In this document: one piece after another, positions 35,762-44,976 of the stretch | Position numbering within the stretch: position 1 is the first letter of the stretch | How the letters are laid out: each line of letters opens with the position of its first letter | DNA from: an uncultured Bifidobacterium sp. | Lineage (GTDB): Bacteria; Actinomycetota; Acidimicrobiia; Acidimicrobiales; Ilumatobacteraceae | Assembly: GCA_964416135.1 (NCBI GenBank) | Contig: CAYQCU010000003.1 | Location: 68,815-132,814 of the forward strand | DNA length: 64,000 nucleotides | Direction of reading: 5' to 3' | Notes under the pieces: generated by a model | The model's database searches: none | What the model saw: only the letters and a program-made list of their open reading frames with translations | Told to the model about the DNA's origin: nothing | Program-made: the position numbers and the translations under genes

Positions 35762-36517
35762 ATGACCCCCACACGTCGCACCGTCCAGAAGGACTTCTAC
35801 GTCTACGTCGACACCGTCGTCTTCACGATCAACCAAGCCCGCTCGCTCGCCGCCAAAGATCGTCTCGAGGTTCTCGTGATGCGCCGTCCGGGCACCGCCA
35901 AGGGCCGGTGGGCACTCCCGGGGGGCCTCGTGGGCGACAGCGAGCGCTTCGAAGAGACAGCCGTCCGCAAGGTCGCCGAAGAGACGGGCATTCGCCTCAA
36001 CCGACGCGACCTGCTCCAGGTACGCGCGTACGGCGACCCCGACCGGGACTCGCGCTGGCGTGCGTTCTCGATCGCCTACCTGGCGTTGTTGCCGCACCCA
36101 GGAGCACTGCGACCCGACCAGCACTCCGAACATGCCGAGTTCGTGCGTTTCGTCGACCTGCAGCCCAAGGGCGTACTCGAGTTCGACCACGCCAAGATCA
36201 TCGACGATGCGAGACGACTGGCAACCAAGATGCTCGAAGACACGAGCGTCGCGATCGGATTCTGCAGGCCGAAGTTCACGATCAGCGAACTCCGTGGTGT
36301 CTACGAAGCCTTCCTGCAGTCGGAAGTCGACCCGGCGAACTTCAGACGCAAGGTGGAGAAGGTTCCCGGTTTCGTGGAACCGCTCGAGGAGTACGCCGAC
36401 TTCGGTTCCTCCCCCGGACGACCGGCACAGATGTACAGAGCCGGTCGCGGGCTACGTTCGAGCAACAGCCTCGAAGTTCCGATCAGATTCAGACTCTCGT
36501 CGGGCAAGACCAAGTAG
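35762..36517 (+). CDS. Nudix hydrolase domain + C-terminal winged-helix protein (NrtR-like ADP-ribose-responsive regulator architecture)
   Basis: The Nudix box 'GGLVGDSERFEETAVRKVAEETGI' is nearly canonical, with RE changed to RK. The C-terminal part 'FTISELRGVYEAFLQSEVDPANFRRKVEKVPGFVEPL' resembles the NrtR wHTH domain. Confidence 0.75.
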   Translation: MTPTRRTVQKDFYVYVDTVVFTINQARSLAAKDRLEVLVMRRPGTAKGRWALPGGLVGDSERFEETAVRKVAEETGIRLNRRDLLQVRAYGDPDRDSRWRAFSIAYLALLPHPGALRPDQHSEHAEFVRFVDLQPKGVLEFDHAKIIDDARRLATKMLEDTSVAIGFCRPKFTISELRGVYEAFLQSEVDPANFRRKVEKVPGFVEPLEEYADFGSSPGRPAQMYRAGRGLRSSNSLEVPIRFRLSSGKTK

Positions 36518-36556
36518 TCGGGGGCTGCGCCGTCGGGTGCCCTACAGGGCGCTGGT

Positions 36557-37774
36557 TCAGCGCTGCTTCGACGGATCGGGCTCTTTGGGAAGGCCGAGAA
36601 CCCGCTCGCCCACGATGTTGCGTTGCACCTGGGCGGTGCCACCCCAGATCGTCGACGAACGATGCTGGAAGAACATCGACGTCCACCGGTCAGCCACGTA
36701 CTTGCCGTTGGTGCCGTCTTCGATGAGCATCGCCTCGGCCCCGCGCGCGTTCATCATGCGCTCGGTGAACTTCTGGGCGTACTCCGACCAGAACATCTTG
36801 TTGATCGACGCCGCCGGACCCGGCTCCTTGCGCGCGATGACCTCCGACAAGAGTTTGAGACCCTGGAAGCGCATGATCTCGACGTGGCTGTAGGCCCACG
36901 CGAGCTCTTGGCGGATCACCGGATCGGAGGTCTTGCCCGACTTCTTCAGCATCTCGACTGCTTCCCAGAACTGCTTCGTGTACTCGACGTGCTGGGTGGT
37001 GGCATGTCCGCCGCGCTCGTTGCCGAGCGTGGTCATGGTGACACGCCATCCGTTGTTCATGCCGCCGATGATGTTGGCGACCGGCGCGCGCGACTCGGTG
37101 AGGAACGTCTCGGTGAAGTGCGAGACACCGTGCGGCTGCTTGATCGGTCGGAGCTCGATGCCGTTCGACGAACCCTCGTCGGTGAACATCGGCAACAGCA
37201 CGTACGAGATTCCCGCGTGCTTCGGTGCGTTGTCGTCGGTTCGCGCGAGACAGAACATCATGTTGGCGGCCTGTGCGCCGGAGGTCCACACCTTCTGACC
37301 GGTGATGACGATCTCTTCGCCGTCGATGACACCCTTGGTCTTCAACGATGCAAGATCGGAACCCGCATCGGGTTCGGAGAAGCCTTGACAGTAGCGATCG
37401 GTGCCGTCGATGATCCGGGGCAGGAACTTCTTCTTCTGTTCCTCGGACCCCCACACGATGATCGAAGGACCCACCAGCCACTCGCCCATTCCACGGGTGA
37501 CGCGCGGAACCCGGGCGCGTGCGAACTCCTCGTTCAACACCGCGACTTCGACCCCGGTGAGACCTGCGCCGCCGTACTCCTTCGGCCACGACACGCACAT
37601 GTAGCCGGCGGCCGTCAACGTGTCAGCCCATTCACGCACCGCGGGAATGTCGCTGCGCTGTGCCATGTCTGACGACATGCCGATCAATTCAGCCGGCTTG
37701 TTCGCCTCCAACCAGTCGCGCAATTCGGCGCGGAACTTGGTCGCTGCAGGTCCGAGATCGAGTTCGAGCGGCAC
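36557..37774 (-). CDS. Acyl-CoA dehydrogenase
   Basis: 'CQGFSEPDAGSDLASLKT', 'GQKVWTSGA' and the C-terminal 'STIWGGTAQVQRNIVGERVLGLP'. Confidence 0.9.
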   Translation of the reverse strand: MPLELDLGPAATKFRAELRDWLEANKPAELIGMSSDMAQRSDIPAVREWADTLTAAGYMCVSWPKEYGGAGLTGVEVAVLNEEFARARVPRVTRGMGEWLVGPSIIVWGSEEQKKKFLPRIIDGTDRYCQGFSEPDAGSDLASLKTKGVIDGEEIVITGQKVWTSGAQAANMMFCLARTDDNAPKHAGISYVLLPMFTDEGSSNGIELRPIKQPHGVSHFTETFLTESRAPVANIIGGMNNGWRVTMTTLGNERGGHATTQHVEYTKQFWEAVEMLKKSGKTSDPVIRQELAWAYSHVEIMRFQGLKLLSEVIARKEPGPAASINKMFWSEYAQKFTERMMNARGAEAMLIEDGTNGKYVADRWTSMFFQHRSSTIWGGTAQVQRNIVGERVLGLPKEPDPSKQR

Positions 37775-37842
37775 GACGGCACCTCACCCTTCGTGTGTGG
37801 ACGGGTCCCCCGTGGCCCGTCGCTGTGCGGTCATTCTCCCAG

Positions 37843-38619
37843 TCAGGAGAGTCCGGACAAGAACCGGAGAATCGCCTCGTTCACGGGCCCCGGGTGAGTC
37901 ATGTTGGCGGCGTGAGGACCGCCGTCGATCGCCACCAAGGTGGTCGGCCCGGCGATCTGGTCACGCAGAATCTCGGCCTTCTCCATCGGAATGGCGATGT
38001 CGGCGGTGCCGTGGATGATCAGGGCCGGGCAGGTGATCTCGCCCAATCGGGGCGTGATGTCGTCACGGTGCATGAGGCAGTGGAAGGCGGCGGTGAACTG
38101 GTCTGGCTGCATGGTCGACCATTTGTCGAACCACGAGCCCCACTCGCCCGGCCCGAGGATGATGCTCGCGATCACGTCCTGCACCGCCGCCGACCCGTGC
38201 TCCACCCATGCGGCATGCAACTGGTTGTACGGCTCGACCGTGGCCGGGTCTTCGGTTCCCGCCTGGGTGTCGATGAGCACGAGAGCCGTCACACGATCGG
38301 GAGCAGTGAGCGCGACGCGCAGACTGAGAAAGCCGCCCTGCGACATACCGCCGACCACGGCCGAGTCGATCCCGAGATGATCCATGAGCGCAAGCACGTC
38401 GTTCGCCGAATCCCAGTAGGTGAACTCGCCGGTGGCCCGGGTGCCGCCGAAACCGCGTTCGTCCCAGGTGATGACACGGTGTGTCGCGCGCAGTGCCTCG
38501 ACTTGTGCATCGAACATGGAGTGATCCATCAAGAACCCGTGCGACAAGACGACAGGCGGCAGGTTGCCGCCTGTGTCGTCGTAGGCGACCGTCGTTCCGT
38601 TGATCTGGGCTGTCTTCAT
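37843..38619 (-). CDS. Alpha/beta hydrolase (3-oxoadipate enol-lactonase-like)
   Basis: 'VVLSHGFLMD', nucleophile elbow 'GGMSQGG' and the C-terminal 'GGPHAANMTHP'. Confidence 0.85.
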   Translation of the reverse strand: MKTAQINGTTVAYDDTGGNLPPVVLSHGFLMDHSMFDAQVEALRATHRVITWDERGFGGTRATGEFTYWDSANDVLALMDHLGIDSAVVGGMSQGGFLSLRVALTAPDRVTALVLIDTQAGTEDPATVEPYNQLHAAWVEHGSAAVQDVIASIILGPGEWGSWFDKWSTMQPDQFTAAFHCLMHRDDITPRLGEITCPALIIHGTADIAIPMEKAEILRDQIAGPTTLVAIDGGPHAANMTHPGPVNEAILRFLSGLS

Positions 38620-38628
38620 GTGCGGACC

Positions 38629-39432
38629 TTAGTGTCGAAATCGGGCGAGGTCGCCAGAGAGAGTCATCGTCCACTTCGGTGCGCGCTTTTCGAAGAACGC
38701 CCTGACTCCTTCTGCGGCATCGGGGCTGCGTGCCATGTCGGCGATGATGCGGCCCTCGGCTGCGATCATGTCGTCGAGACCGGACGTGATTCCCTCCCAC
38801 AGCATCTGCTTCGAGAGCGCAGCCGACACCGGCGCTACGTTGACGGCGATGTCGCGAGCAATCTCGAGCGCAGCAGCAAGTACTTCTGCGGCCGGCAGAG
38901 CACGTGACACGAGCCCGAGAGCCGCAGCCTCGTCGCCCGACATCAGCGTGCCAGTGAGCAGCAGTTCAGCGGCACGGGAGAACCCGACGACGCGGGGCAA
39001 CATGACGTGCGATCCGAGCTCGGGAAGAATTCCCCGTCGCACCATGGCGAACTGGATCTTCGCCTCGCTCGCGGCGATCCGGATGTCGCACAACATCGGA
39101 TACGTGATGCCGACACCGACCGCGTGACCGTTGATGGCCGCTATGACCGGCTTCCTCACCTTGTAGGGCATGAGTCGGGGCGCGTCGTCGGCTCGTCTGG
39201 CACCGGGGGCGAACCCGCCCTCGCCCCCGCTCAGGTCGGCACCTGCGCAGAAGGCACGCCCCGCGCCGGTCACGACCACCGCCCGGACGTCATCGTCGGC
39301 GTCGGCTGCCCCCATGGCCAGCGCCAAGTCATCGGCGAGTTGAGCAGTCCACGCGTTCATCGCCTCCGGGCGGTTCAACGTGACGGTGGCGACGCCGTCG
39401 CTCACCCCGTAGAGAACGGTCTCGAAGTCCAT
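38629..39432 (-). CDS. Enoyl-CoA hydratase/isomerase (crotonase) family protein
   Basis: 'VATVTLNRPEAMNA', 'VVVTGAGRAFCAGADL' and 'PVIAAINGHAVGVG'. Confidence 0.9.
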   Translation of the reverse strand: MDFETVLYGVSDGVATVTLNRPEAMNAWTAQLADDLALAMGAADADDDVRAVVVTGAGRAFCAGADLSGGEGGFAPGARRADDAPRLMPYKVRKPVIAAINGHAVGVGITYPMLCDIRIAASEAKIQFAMVRRGILPELGSHVMLPRVVGFSRAAELLLTGTLMSGDEAAALGLVSRALPAAEVLAAALEIARDIAVNVAPVSAALSKQMLWEGITSGLDDMIAAEGRIIADMARSPDAAEGVRAFFEKRAPKWTMTLSGDLARFRH

Positions 39433-39503
39433 GATCCCCCCTACCCACGCGGCTGTGTCGTGGTGATGTCACGAACCGTAGTCGCGCACCGACACCGCGT
39501 GAC

Positions 39504-40253
39504 TCAGCGGGACGCGAGCGCCTTCTCGACCGATGTCAGATCGAACGGAGCCCCCAACATCACGATCACGTGATCTGCACCGGCATCTTCGAACGCTGCC
39601 ACAGACCCGAGTTCATCCGGACGCACGGCGACCGTTCGTTCGATCTCGCGGGGGTTCCGCCCGATTTCTGCACACCAACGGTCGAGCACCTCCATCTTGT
39701 GACGGAAGTTCTCCACCGGCCCGAACGCGTTGTGCGCATCGGCATGCTCGGCCGTGAGGCGCAACGTGATCTTTTCGCCACTTCCGCCGATCATCAACGG
39801 AATGGACCCGTTCACCGGCCCGGGGTTGAGACGCGCGAGACGCTCCTTGATGACGGGGATTCCTGCTTCGAGTGCACGCAGACGACCCACCGCCGTGCCG
39901 AACTCGTAGCCGTATTCGGTGTAGTCGCGCTCGAACCACCCCGAGCCGATACCGAGAATGAAGCGACCGTTCGACAGATGGTCGATGGTGCGCGACATGT
40001 CGGCGAGCAGGTTCGCATTGCGATAGGAGAAACAGGTGACGAGGGCACCGATCTGTGAGTGACAGGTATCGGCCGCCATGGCTGCGAGCAGCGTGTACGC
40101 CTCGAAGTGAGCCGCATCGCCATCTCCGTAGAGCGGATAGAAGTGGTCCCATACAAAGATCGAGTCGGCACCCATCGCGTCGGCGGCACGCCACGCCGCG
40201 CGCAGTTCGTCGACCGTGGTGGCTTGTGGGTGCAGTTGAACGCCGATCTTCAT
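39504..40253 (-). CDS. LLM-class (luciferase-like) oxidoreductase, short form, probably F420-dependent
   Basis: 'MKIGVQLHPQ', 'DSIFVWDHF' and 'GRFILGIGSGWFERDY'. Confidence 0.8.
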   Translation of the reverse strand: MKIGVQLHPQATTVDELRAAWRAADAMGADSIFVWDHFYPLYGDGDAAHFEAYTLLAAMAADTCHSQIGALVTCFSYRNANLLADMSRTIDHLSNGRFILGIGSGWFERDYTEYGYEFGTAVGRLRALEAGIPVIKERLARLNPGPVNGSIPLMIGGSGEKITLRLTAEHADAHNAFGPVENFRHKMEVLDRWCAEIGRNPREIERTVAVRPDELGSVAAFEDAGADHVIVMLGAPFDLTSVEKALASR

Positions 40254-40292
40254 CGATGACGAGCCTACGAGCGATTCATCGTGACCGTTCGA

Positions 40293-41228
40293 TCACCCGA
40301 ACTCTTTGCGCATTGCCGGCACAACCGTCTCGACGTACTCAGCGAGAAGGTCCGCGTCCCACGGCGGCCGAATGGCGATGTTCACCAGCGTTGCGCCGGC
40401 GTCGACGAACCGTGCAATTTGTTCGACGGCATCAGACGGCCGACCGAGCAATGAGCCGGAGATGATGCGATCAGCCGCGTCGCCCCATTGATTCCTCAAC
40501 TGTTGCGTGACCACACCGATGTCGTCGCGAGAGACGCCCCACGACAAGTTGATGCTTCTTTCCACTGCCGACGGATCACGACCAGCCTCGGTACACCAGC
40601 CGTCCAAGATGCTGTTCAACTCGCGATACGAATCGCTGCTCACATATGCCGCGTTCCATCCGTCGGCGTGGGCACCGGCGAACCGCAGTGTCTTGGTCTT
40701 GCCTGTGCCTCCGATCCACAACGGGAGCCGACCGACCGCCCCGGGAACCATCGCCGCATCGCGCAACTCGACACCCGGCGACGACTGGGTCACGCGTTCG
40801 CCGCGCCTCCATGCGTCGATTGCGTGCAACTGAGACTCGAGCACCTTGAAGCGCTCACCCACTGACGGAAAATCGATGCCGAATGAGGTCGCCTCCTGGT
40901 CGTGCCAGCCGCTCCCCATGCCGAGTTCGAAGCGACCGCCGCTCAGGTGGTCGACCGAGATTGCGCCCTTCATGAGAACGCCGATGTTGCGGTACTGCGA
41001 ACAGAACACGAGACATCCGAGACGGGCCCGCGACGTGTCGACTGCGAGCGCGCCGAGCATCGAGAACGCCTCGAAGTGTGGCTGCGTACCGCCGGCGGGT
41101 GGCGCTTCGTAGAGGTGGTCCCACAACGAGATCCAGTCGATGCCCGTTGCGTCGAGCCACTTCCACAATTCACGCAGTTCTCCGACACTCGCGTTCTGCG
41201 GACCGATGTGAACTCCGAACTGCACCAT
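40293..41228 (-). CDS. LLM-class (luciferase-like) oxidoreductase
   Basis: Start taken at 'MVQFGVHIGPQ'. 'DWISLWDHL' and 'GRFELGMGSGWHDQE' mark it as a paralogue of the adjacent gene. Confidence 0.8.
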   Translation of the reverse strand: MVQFGVHIGPQNASVGELRELWKWLDATGIDWISLWDHLYEAPPAGGTQPHFEAFSMLGALAVDTSRARLGCLVFCSQYRNIGVLMKGAISVDHLSGGRFELGMGSGWHDQEATSFGIDFPSVGERFKVLESQLHAIDAWRRGERVTQSSPGVELRDAAMVPGAVGRLPLWIGGTGKTKTLRFAGAHADGWNAAYVSSDSYRELNSILDGWCTEAGRDPSAVERSINLSWGVSRDDIGVVTQQLRNQWGDAADRIISGSLLGRPSDAVEQIARFVDAGATLVNIAIRPPWDADLLAEYVETVVPAMRKEFG

Positions 41229-41301
41229 GATGACCCCCGACTGACCCTCGTCGTACGATGTGACACGACGCACGAAAACTAGTGCGGTGGGGGTGTACGA
41301 A

Positions 41302-43068
41302 ATGGCGAACCGTCTTGCGCGTGTGGCGATCGTCCTGGCAGCAGTGATGTCGAGTGCAATTGTCGCACAGGTCGCGAGCGGGTCGACCGAGTTCGACGAC
41401 AATCAAGTACCGCTCGGAGATCATGCCGAGTCCGGCAGCCTTCACCTCTTCAGTGATGATTCATTGGAAGACGAACGCGTCGACCCACCGTCGATGTTGA
41501 CCATTGCGCAGACTTTCGTTCCTGGCCAGCCGTTCTGTTCGGGCCCCACCGACCCCGGCTGCGCCGGAAGGAGCATGTGGTTTGTCGCGCACTTGCCTGT
41601 GTGCACGACGACAACCGAGGTCGACTGCATCGACTCGGTCTCGGCTGCGACAGCAACCGGGAACACTGAAGGCACCTTCGACCGGTACTACCCCGACACC
41701 GGTCCACACAGCTACACCGGTGACCCGTCTCTTGCACTCCCCACCGGACGAGCACCCAGTGTGTGGAAGATTCCCGGCGCTCCGCACGTTGGAGGCGACA
41801 TGTACATGGTGGTTGCACGACTCCGTGGATCGACTGCCCGTCGCGCAGCCGCCACCTTCCAGATTGTCCTGACACCGGTGTCGTTCAAGGCTGACGCTGA
41901 TCCGCGTCCGGAATACGAAATGGCGAAGTGGGCGGAGCCAGGGCGCATCACCGGTCCGGCCTACGACCGCGGTCGGTTTCGCTGTGCTTACTGGGGAGAG
42001 TCGGGCTCGTGCATGCTCGGCCGATCATTTCCCGCCGACACCCGCTTCACCGTCAAAGTTCGTCTGCACACCGAGCCGGCCGGTTGGTTGCACGGTCGGA
42101 TCAACGAGCCGTCGATCACGTTCACCAAGAACGGCAGTACCACTGAGGTCACCGTGAGCGCGGCCCCGGTGCAAGTGCCCGCATTCCAGGTCGCCCAGCA
42201 ACACTCGGCGTACTCAGAGAACTTACGGACTGCGTTCGGACCGAACGGCCCGTACGGACGAGGCGGCTCTCGTCAACCGGGGGGCCAAGACCTGACCGAC
42301 CTCACCCGACGCAATGCCGAGTACGGATTCAAGTCGTACGCAGACGAGGCGTTCGCCCAGTTGGCCCTGGTCAAGGATCTGATCGACGACAAAGCCGACT
42401 ACGCGCCATGGATCTGGCGAGTTCGCACTCTCGAAGACGTCGAAATGAACAAGGCCGGCAAGTGCCTCACCGATGGCTCGGGCGTGAAGGGAATCGTCAC
42501 GACGAACGCCATGATCTACGGCAGTGGACCTCCGGCATTCAATGCAGAGACCAAGAGCATCGACTACAAGGTCGCCGCACCGCACTACACCCGCACTGGT
42601 GACGTGTTCAGGGGTGCGTACCACCTGCACATGCGATCTGACGTGGCGCGCTGCTTCTACGGGTTCACCGATGCCCCGGTGACCGGACTGGTCTCGGTGG
42701 TCGAAGAAGACGGAGACACGGGGACAGCCGTCACGAACGTGCGCGAGACTGACGGGTGGTTGAAGGTCGCCGCCACCGGTTTCACCCACTCGGCACCGAC
42801 GGTCAAGGTGGCTCTCAGCCAACGTGTCGCGACCGCCAAGGTGAGGCGCAACCGGGCAGTGTCCGGCGCCGCACTCGCGCGAGCCGCGAGGTTGACCGTT
42901 CCACGGGGCGCAAAGGTGAGTGTTTCGGTGTCGACGCGACATCGCAAAGTGTGCAGAGTCGTGAAGACCTCGGTACAAGGCCTGAAGAAGGGCAAGTGCA
43001 CCGCCACGGTGACTGTCTCGTCGAAAGGTAAGAAATCGAAGCGAACGGTGACGATCACAGTCACGTGA
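41302..43068 (+). CDS. Secreted protein of unknown function (~588 aa)
   Basis: Signal peptide 'MANRLARVAIVLAAVMSSAIVAQVASG'. It has several Cys pairs and a Lys/Arg-rich beta-like C-terminal tail. I recognise no domain. Confidence 0.6.
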   Translation: MANRLARVAIVLAAVMSSAIVAQVASGSTEFDDNQVPLGDHAESGSLHLFSDDSLEDERVDPPSMLTIAQTFVPGQPFCSGPTDPGCAGRSMWFVAHLPVCTTTTEVDCIDSVSAATATGNTEGTFDRYYPDTGPHSYTGDPSLALPTGRAPSVWKIPGAPHVGGDMYMVVARLRGSTARRAAATFQIVLTPVSFKADADPRPEYEMAKWAEPGRITGPAYDRGRFRCAYWGESGSCMLGRSFPADTRFTVKVRLHTEPAGWLHGRINEPSITFTKNGSTTEVTVSAAPVQVPAFQVAQQHSAYSENLRTAFGPNGPYGRGGSRQPGGQDLTDLTRRNAEYGFKSYADEAFAQLALVKDLIDDKADYAPWIWRVRTLEDVEMNKAGKCLTDGSGVKGIVTTNAMIYGSGPPAFNAETKSIDYKVAAPHYTRTGDVFRGAYHLHMRSDVARCFYGFTDAPVTGLVSVVEEDGDTGTAVTNVRETDGWLKVAATGFTHSAPTVKVALSQRVATAKVRRNRAVSGAALARAARLTVPRGAKVSVSVSTRHRKVCRVVKTSVQGLKKGKCTATVTVSSKGKKSKRTVTITVT

Positions 43069-43119
43069 GAGTGAGACCGACCCGTACCGTGCTCTGCTCA
43101 CAGCGTGAAGGAGCACTCA

Positions 43120-43602
43120 ATGAGCCGACTCAAAGACCACATCACCGCAGAGCACTCGCATCTGAGACCACACGTGGAGGCCATACGAACGGCAGCCGAT
43201 GCCGTCGGCGAGGTGCCGAACCATGTCCTGCGCGACCTCACCGAATCGGCCGTGGGATTCCTCCTGCACGAACTGATTCCGCATGCGCACAGCGAGAACG
43301 AGATCCTCTACCGGGCGTTCGAACAGTCGCTCCACGCACCCGGCGCCGCGCGCACCATGCAACATGAACACACCGAGATCGCCCGTTACACCGACGAACT
43401 CACGTCACTGAACGCCGCCATCACCGACGGTCACGACCTGGGCGAACACACGATCCGCGAACTGCGCCGCGTTCTCTACGGTCTCTACGCACTGGTGATG
43501 TCTCACTTCGCCAAGGAAGACCACGTTCTCGCATCGATTCTCGAGGCCAAGATGCCGGCTGGGGAACTCGACCAACTGCTCTCAGATCTCACTCGGCACT
43601 GA
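43120..43602 (+). CDS. Hemerythrin (HHE cation-binding) domain protein
   Basis: GAAGGAG RBS 5 nt before ATG 43120. Spaced His/Glu ligand motifs 'HITAEH', 'HAHSENEILY', 'MQHEHTEI' and 'MSHFAKEDHVL'. Confidence 0.7.
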   Translation: MSRLKDHITAEHSHLRPHVEAIRTAADAVGEVPNHVLRDLTESAVGFLLHELIPHAHSENEILYRAFEQSLHAPGAARTMQHEHTEIARYTDELTSLNAAITDGHDLGEHTIRELRRVLYGLYALVMSHFAKEDHVLASILEAKMPAGELDQLLSDLTRH

Positions 43603-43658
43603 CCCAACGAAATCGACTCGACGGAGTCGACACGGCGTCTCTCCCCGAGAACTGCCTG

Positions 43659-44327
43659 TCACGTCGCGTCATCGAGGAGTTGGTATGCCTGGCCGACTTT
43701 CTCCGCCCATGTGGTGACATCGAAGTCCAGGTCGCTCACCGACGTGCCGAATGTCCCCCACTGCATGACGATGACCATCTCGCCTTTGCTGACGACGCTC
43801 ACGCGCCCCACGGATGCGAACTTGTCATCGCTGTCCGACGGGGGAAGCGTGGCGACAGACCAATGGACCGAGGAATCGCCGATCTCTGGTCCGTCGACGT
43901 TCTCGAACGTGTTCGACGTTCCGAACTGATCCGACCACTCGGAGCCGGCGCACGCGGCGGCTGCACCGACGATGACCTCGGCGAAGTCTGCCGCATCCGC
44001 ACTGCTCCATGCCTGCAGTCGGACAGCGGCCGAGCCGTCCTTCTTCTGGAATTCGACGTCGGCACCCGACTGACCGGCGAGGCTCTCGAGTTCTGCGACG
44101 TCGACCTCGGCGGCCGGACAGAACACCCCCGCATCGAGCACCGGATTCTCGACCTCTCGCTGGTCGAACACGTCGCGTTGCGTCTCCTGCCAGTCGGTTC
44201 CCATGTCGGTGACCGTCAGCAACGCATCGCCGATCTCCGTCGGGGTCAGCGCGTCGTTCGAAGTCCGGCAACCACCGACGAGCAGTGCTGCGGTGATGAC
44301 AACCGAGGATGTCTTCGTGCATCGCAT
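43659..44327 (-). CDS. Lipoprotein, unknown function (possibly PknH-like extracellular sensor fold)
   Basis: Lipobox 'AALLVGGC' after 'MRCTKTSSVVIT', and two further Cys residues. The fold suggestion is tentative. Confidence 0.6.
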   Translation of the reverse strand: MRCTKTSSVVITAALLVGGCRTSNDALTPTEIGDALLTVTDMGTDWQETQRDVFDQREVENPVLDAGVFCPAAEVDVAELESLAGQSGADVEFQKKDGSAAVRLQAWSSADAADFAEVIVGAAAACAGSEWSDQFGTSNTFENVDGPEIGDSSVHWSVATLPPSDSDDKFASVGRVSVVSKGEMVIVMQWGTFGTSVSDLDFDVTTWAEKVGQAYQLLDDAT

Positions 44328-44515
44328 CTCGCCATCGAAGCGGAGCGTGGGTGTTCGAGCCCGGGCGATGTGTACCTCTTCGGGTACGCAGTTGTTCGCC
44401 CCGCAACAGACAGGAGTCACTCGCGCCCCATCTAGATACCGAGTCGTCTCCGGAGGTGTGAACTCCGGCTCTTACGGCCTATCCATGGCATTCCCCAACG
44501 ACCAAGGAGGCACAC

Positions 44516-44911
44516 ATGACAAGCAGACCCACACGGCGGCGAGTCGCCAAGAAAGTTGCAACAGCGATGTTCGGGCTGGTGGCGATTCCCCTCGCTGTCG
44601 CAGCCTACGACGCACTCACTGTCGAAAACCCGATCATGCCAGCCGTCGGCGAAACCGCCGTCGGTGCATGCGACTCAGACGGTGTGACCACTTCGTACAC
44701 CTACGGAACGACGAGGAACAACGGTGTCAAGATCACTGCCGTGACCATCACTGGAATCGCAGCGGCATGCACCAACGGCACGTTCAGTTTCATGAACGGC
44801 ACGACCGAAGTCGCCGCCTACACCGGCCAGGTCGCGTCGGGGGCGCTGACACTTGCCACCAACGTCTGGACCAACGACTTCACCTCCGTCAGGGTCGCCC
44901 TCTATCCCTGA
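44516..44911 (+). CDS. Small (131 aa) N-terminally anchored/secreted Thr/Gly-rich protein, unknown function
   Basis: Strong RBS AAGGAGG before ATG 44516. The basic N-terminus plus TM 'RRRVAKKVATAMFGLVAIPLAVAAY' is followed by a beta-rich region with two Cys residues. Confidence 0.6.
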   Translation: MTSRPTRRRVAKKVATAMFGLVAIPLAVAAYDALTVENPIMPAVGETAVGACDSDGVTTSYTYGTTRNNGVKITAVTITGIAAACTNGTFSFMNGTTEVAAYTGQVASGALTLATNVWTNDFTSVRVALYP

Positions 44912-44976
44912 GCAGCGACGGCAATGAGCACTAGTGTCAGTCATCGGGATTCGGCCCGACCCAGATTCGGAGGTTC

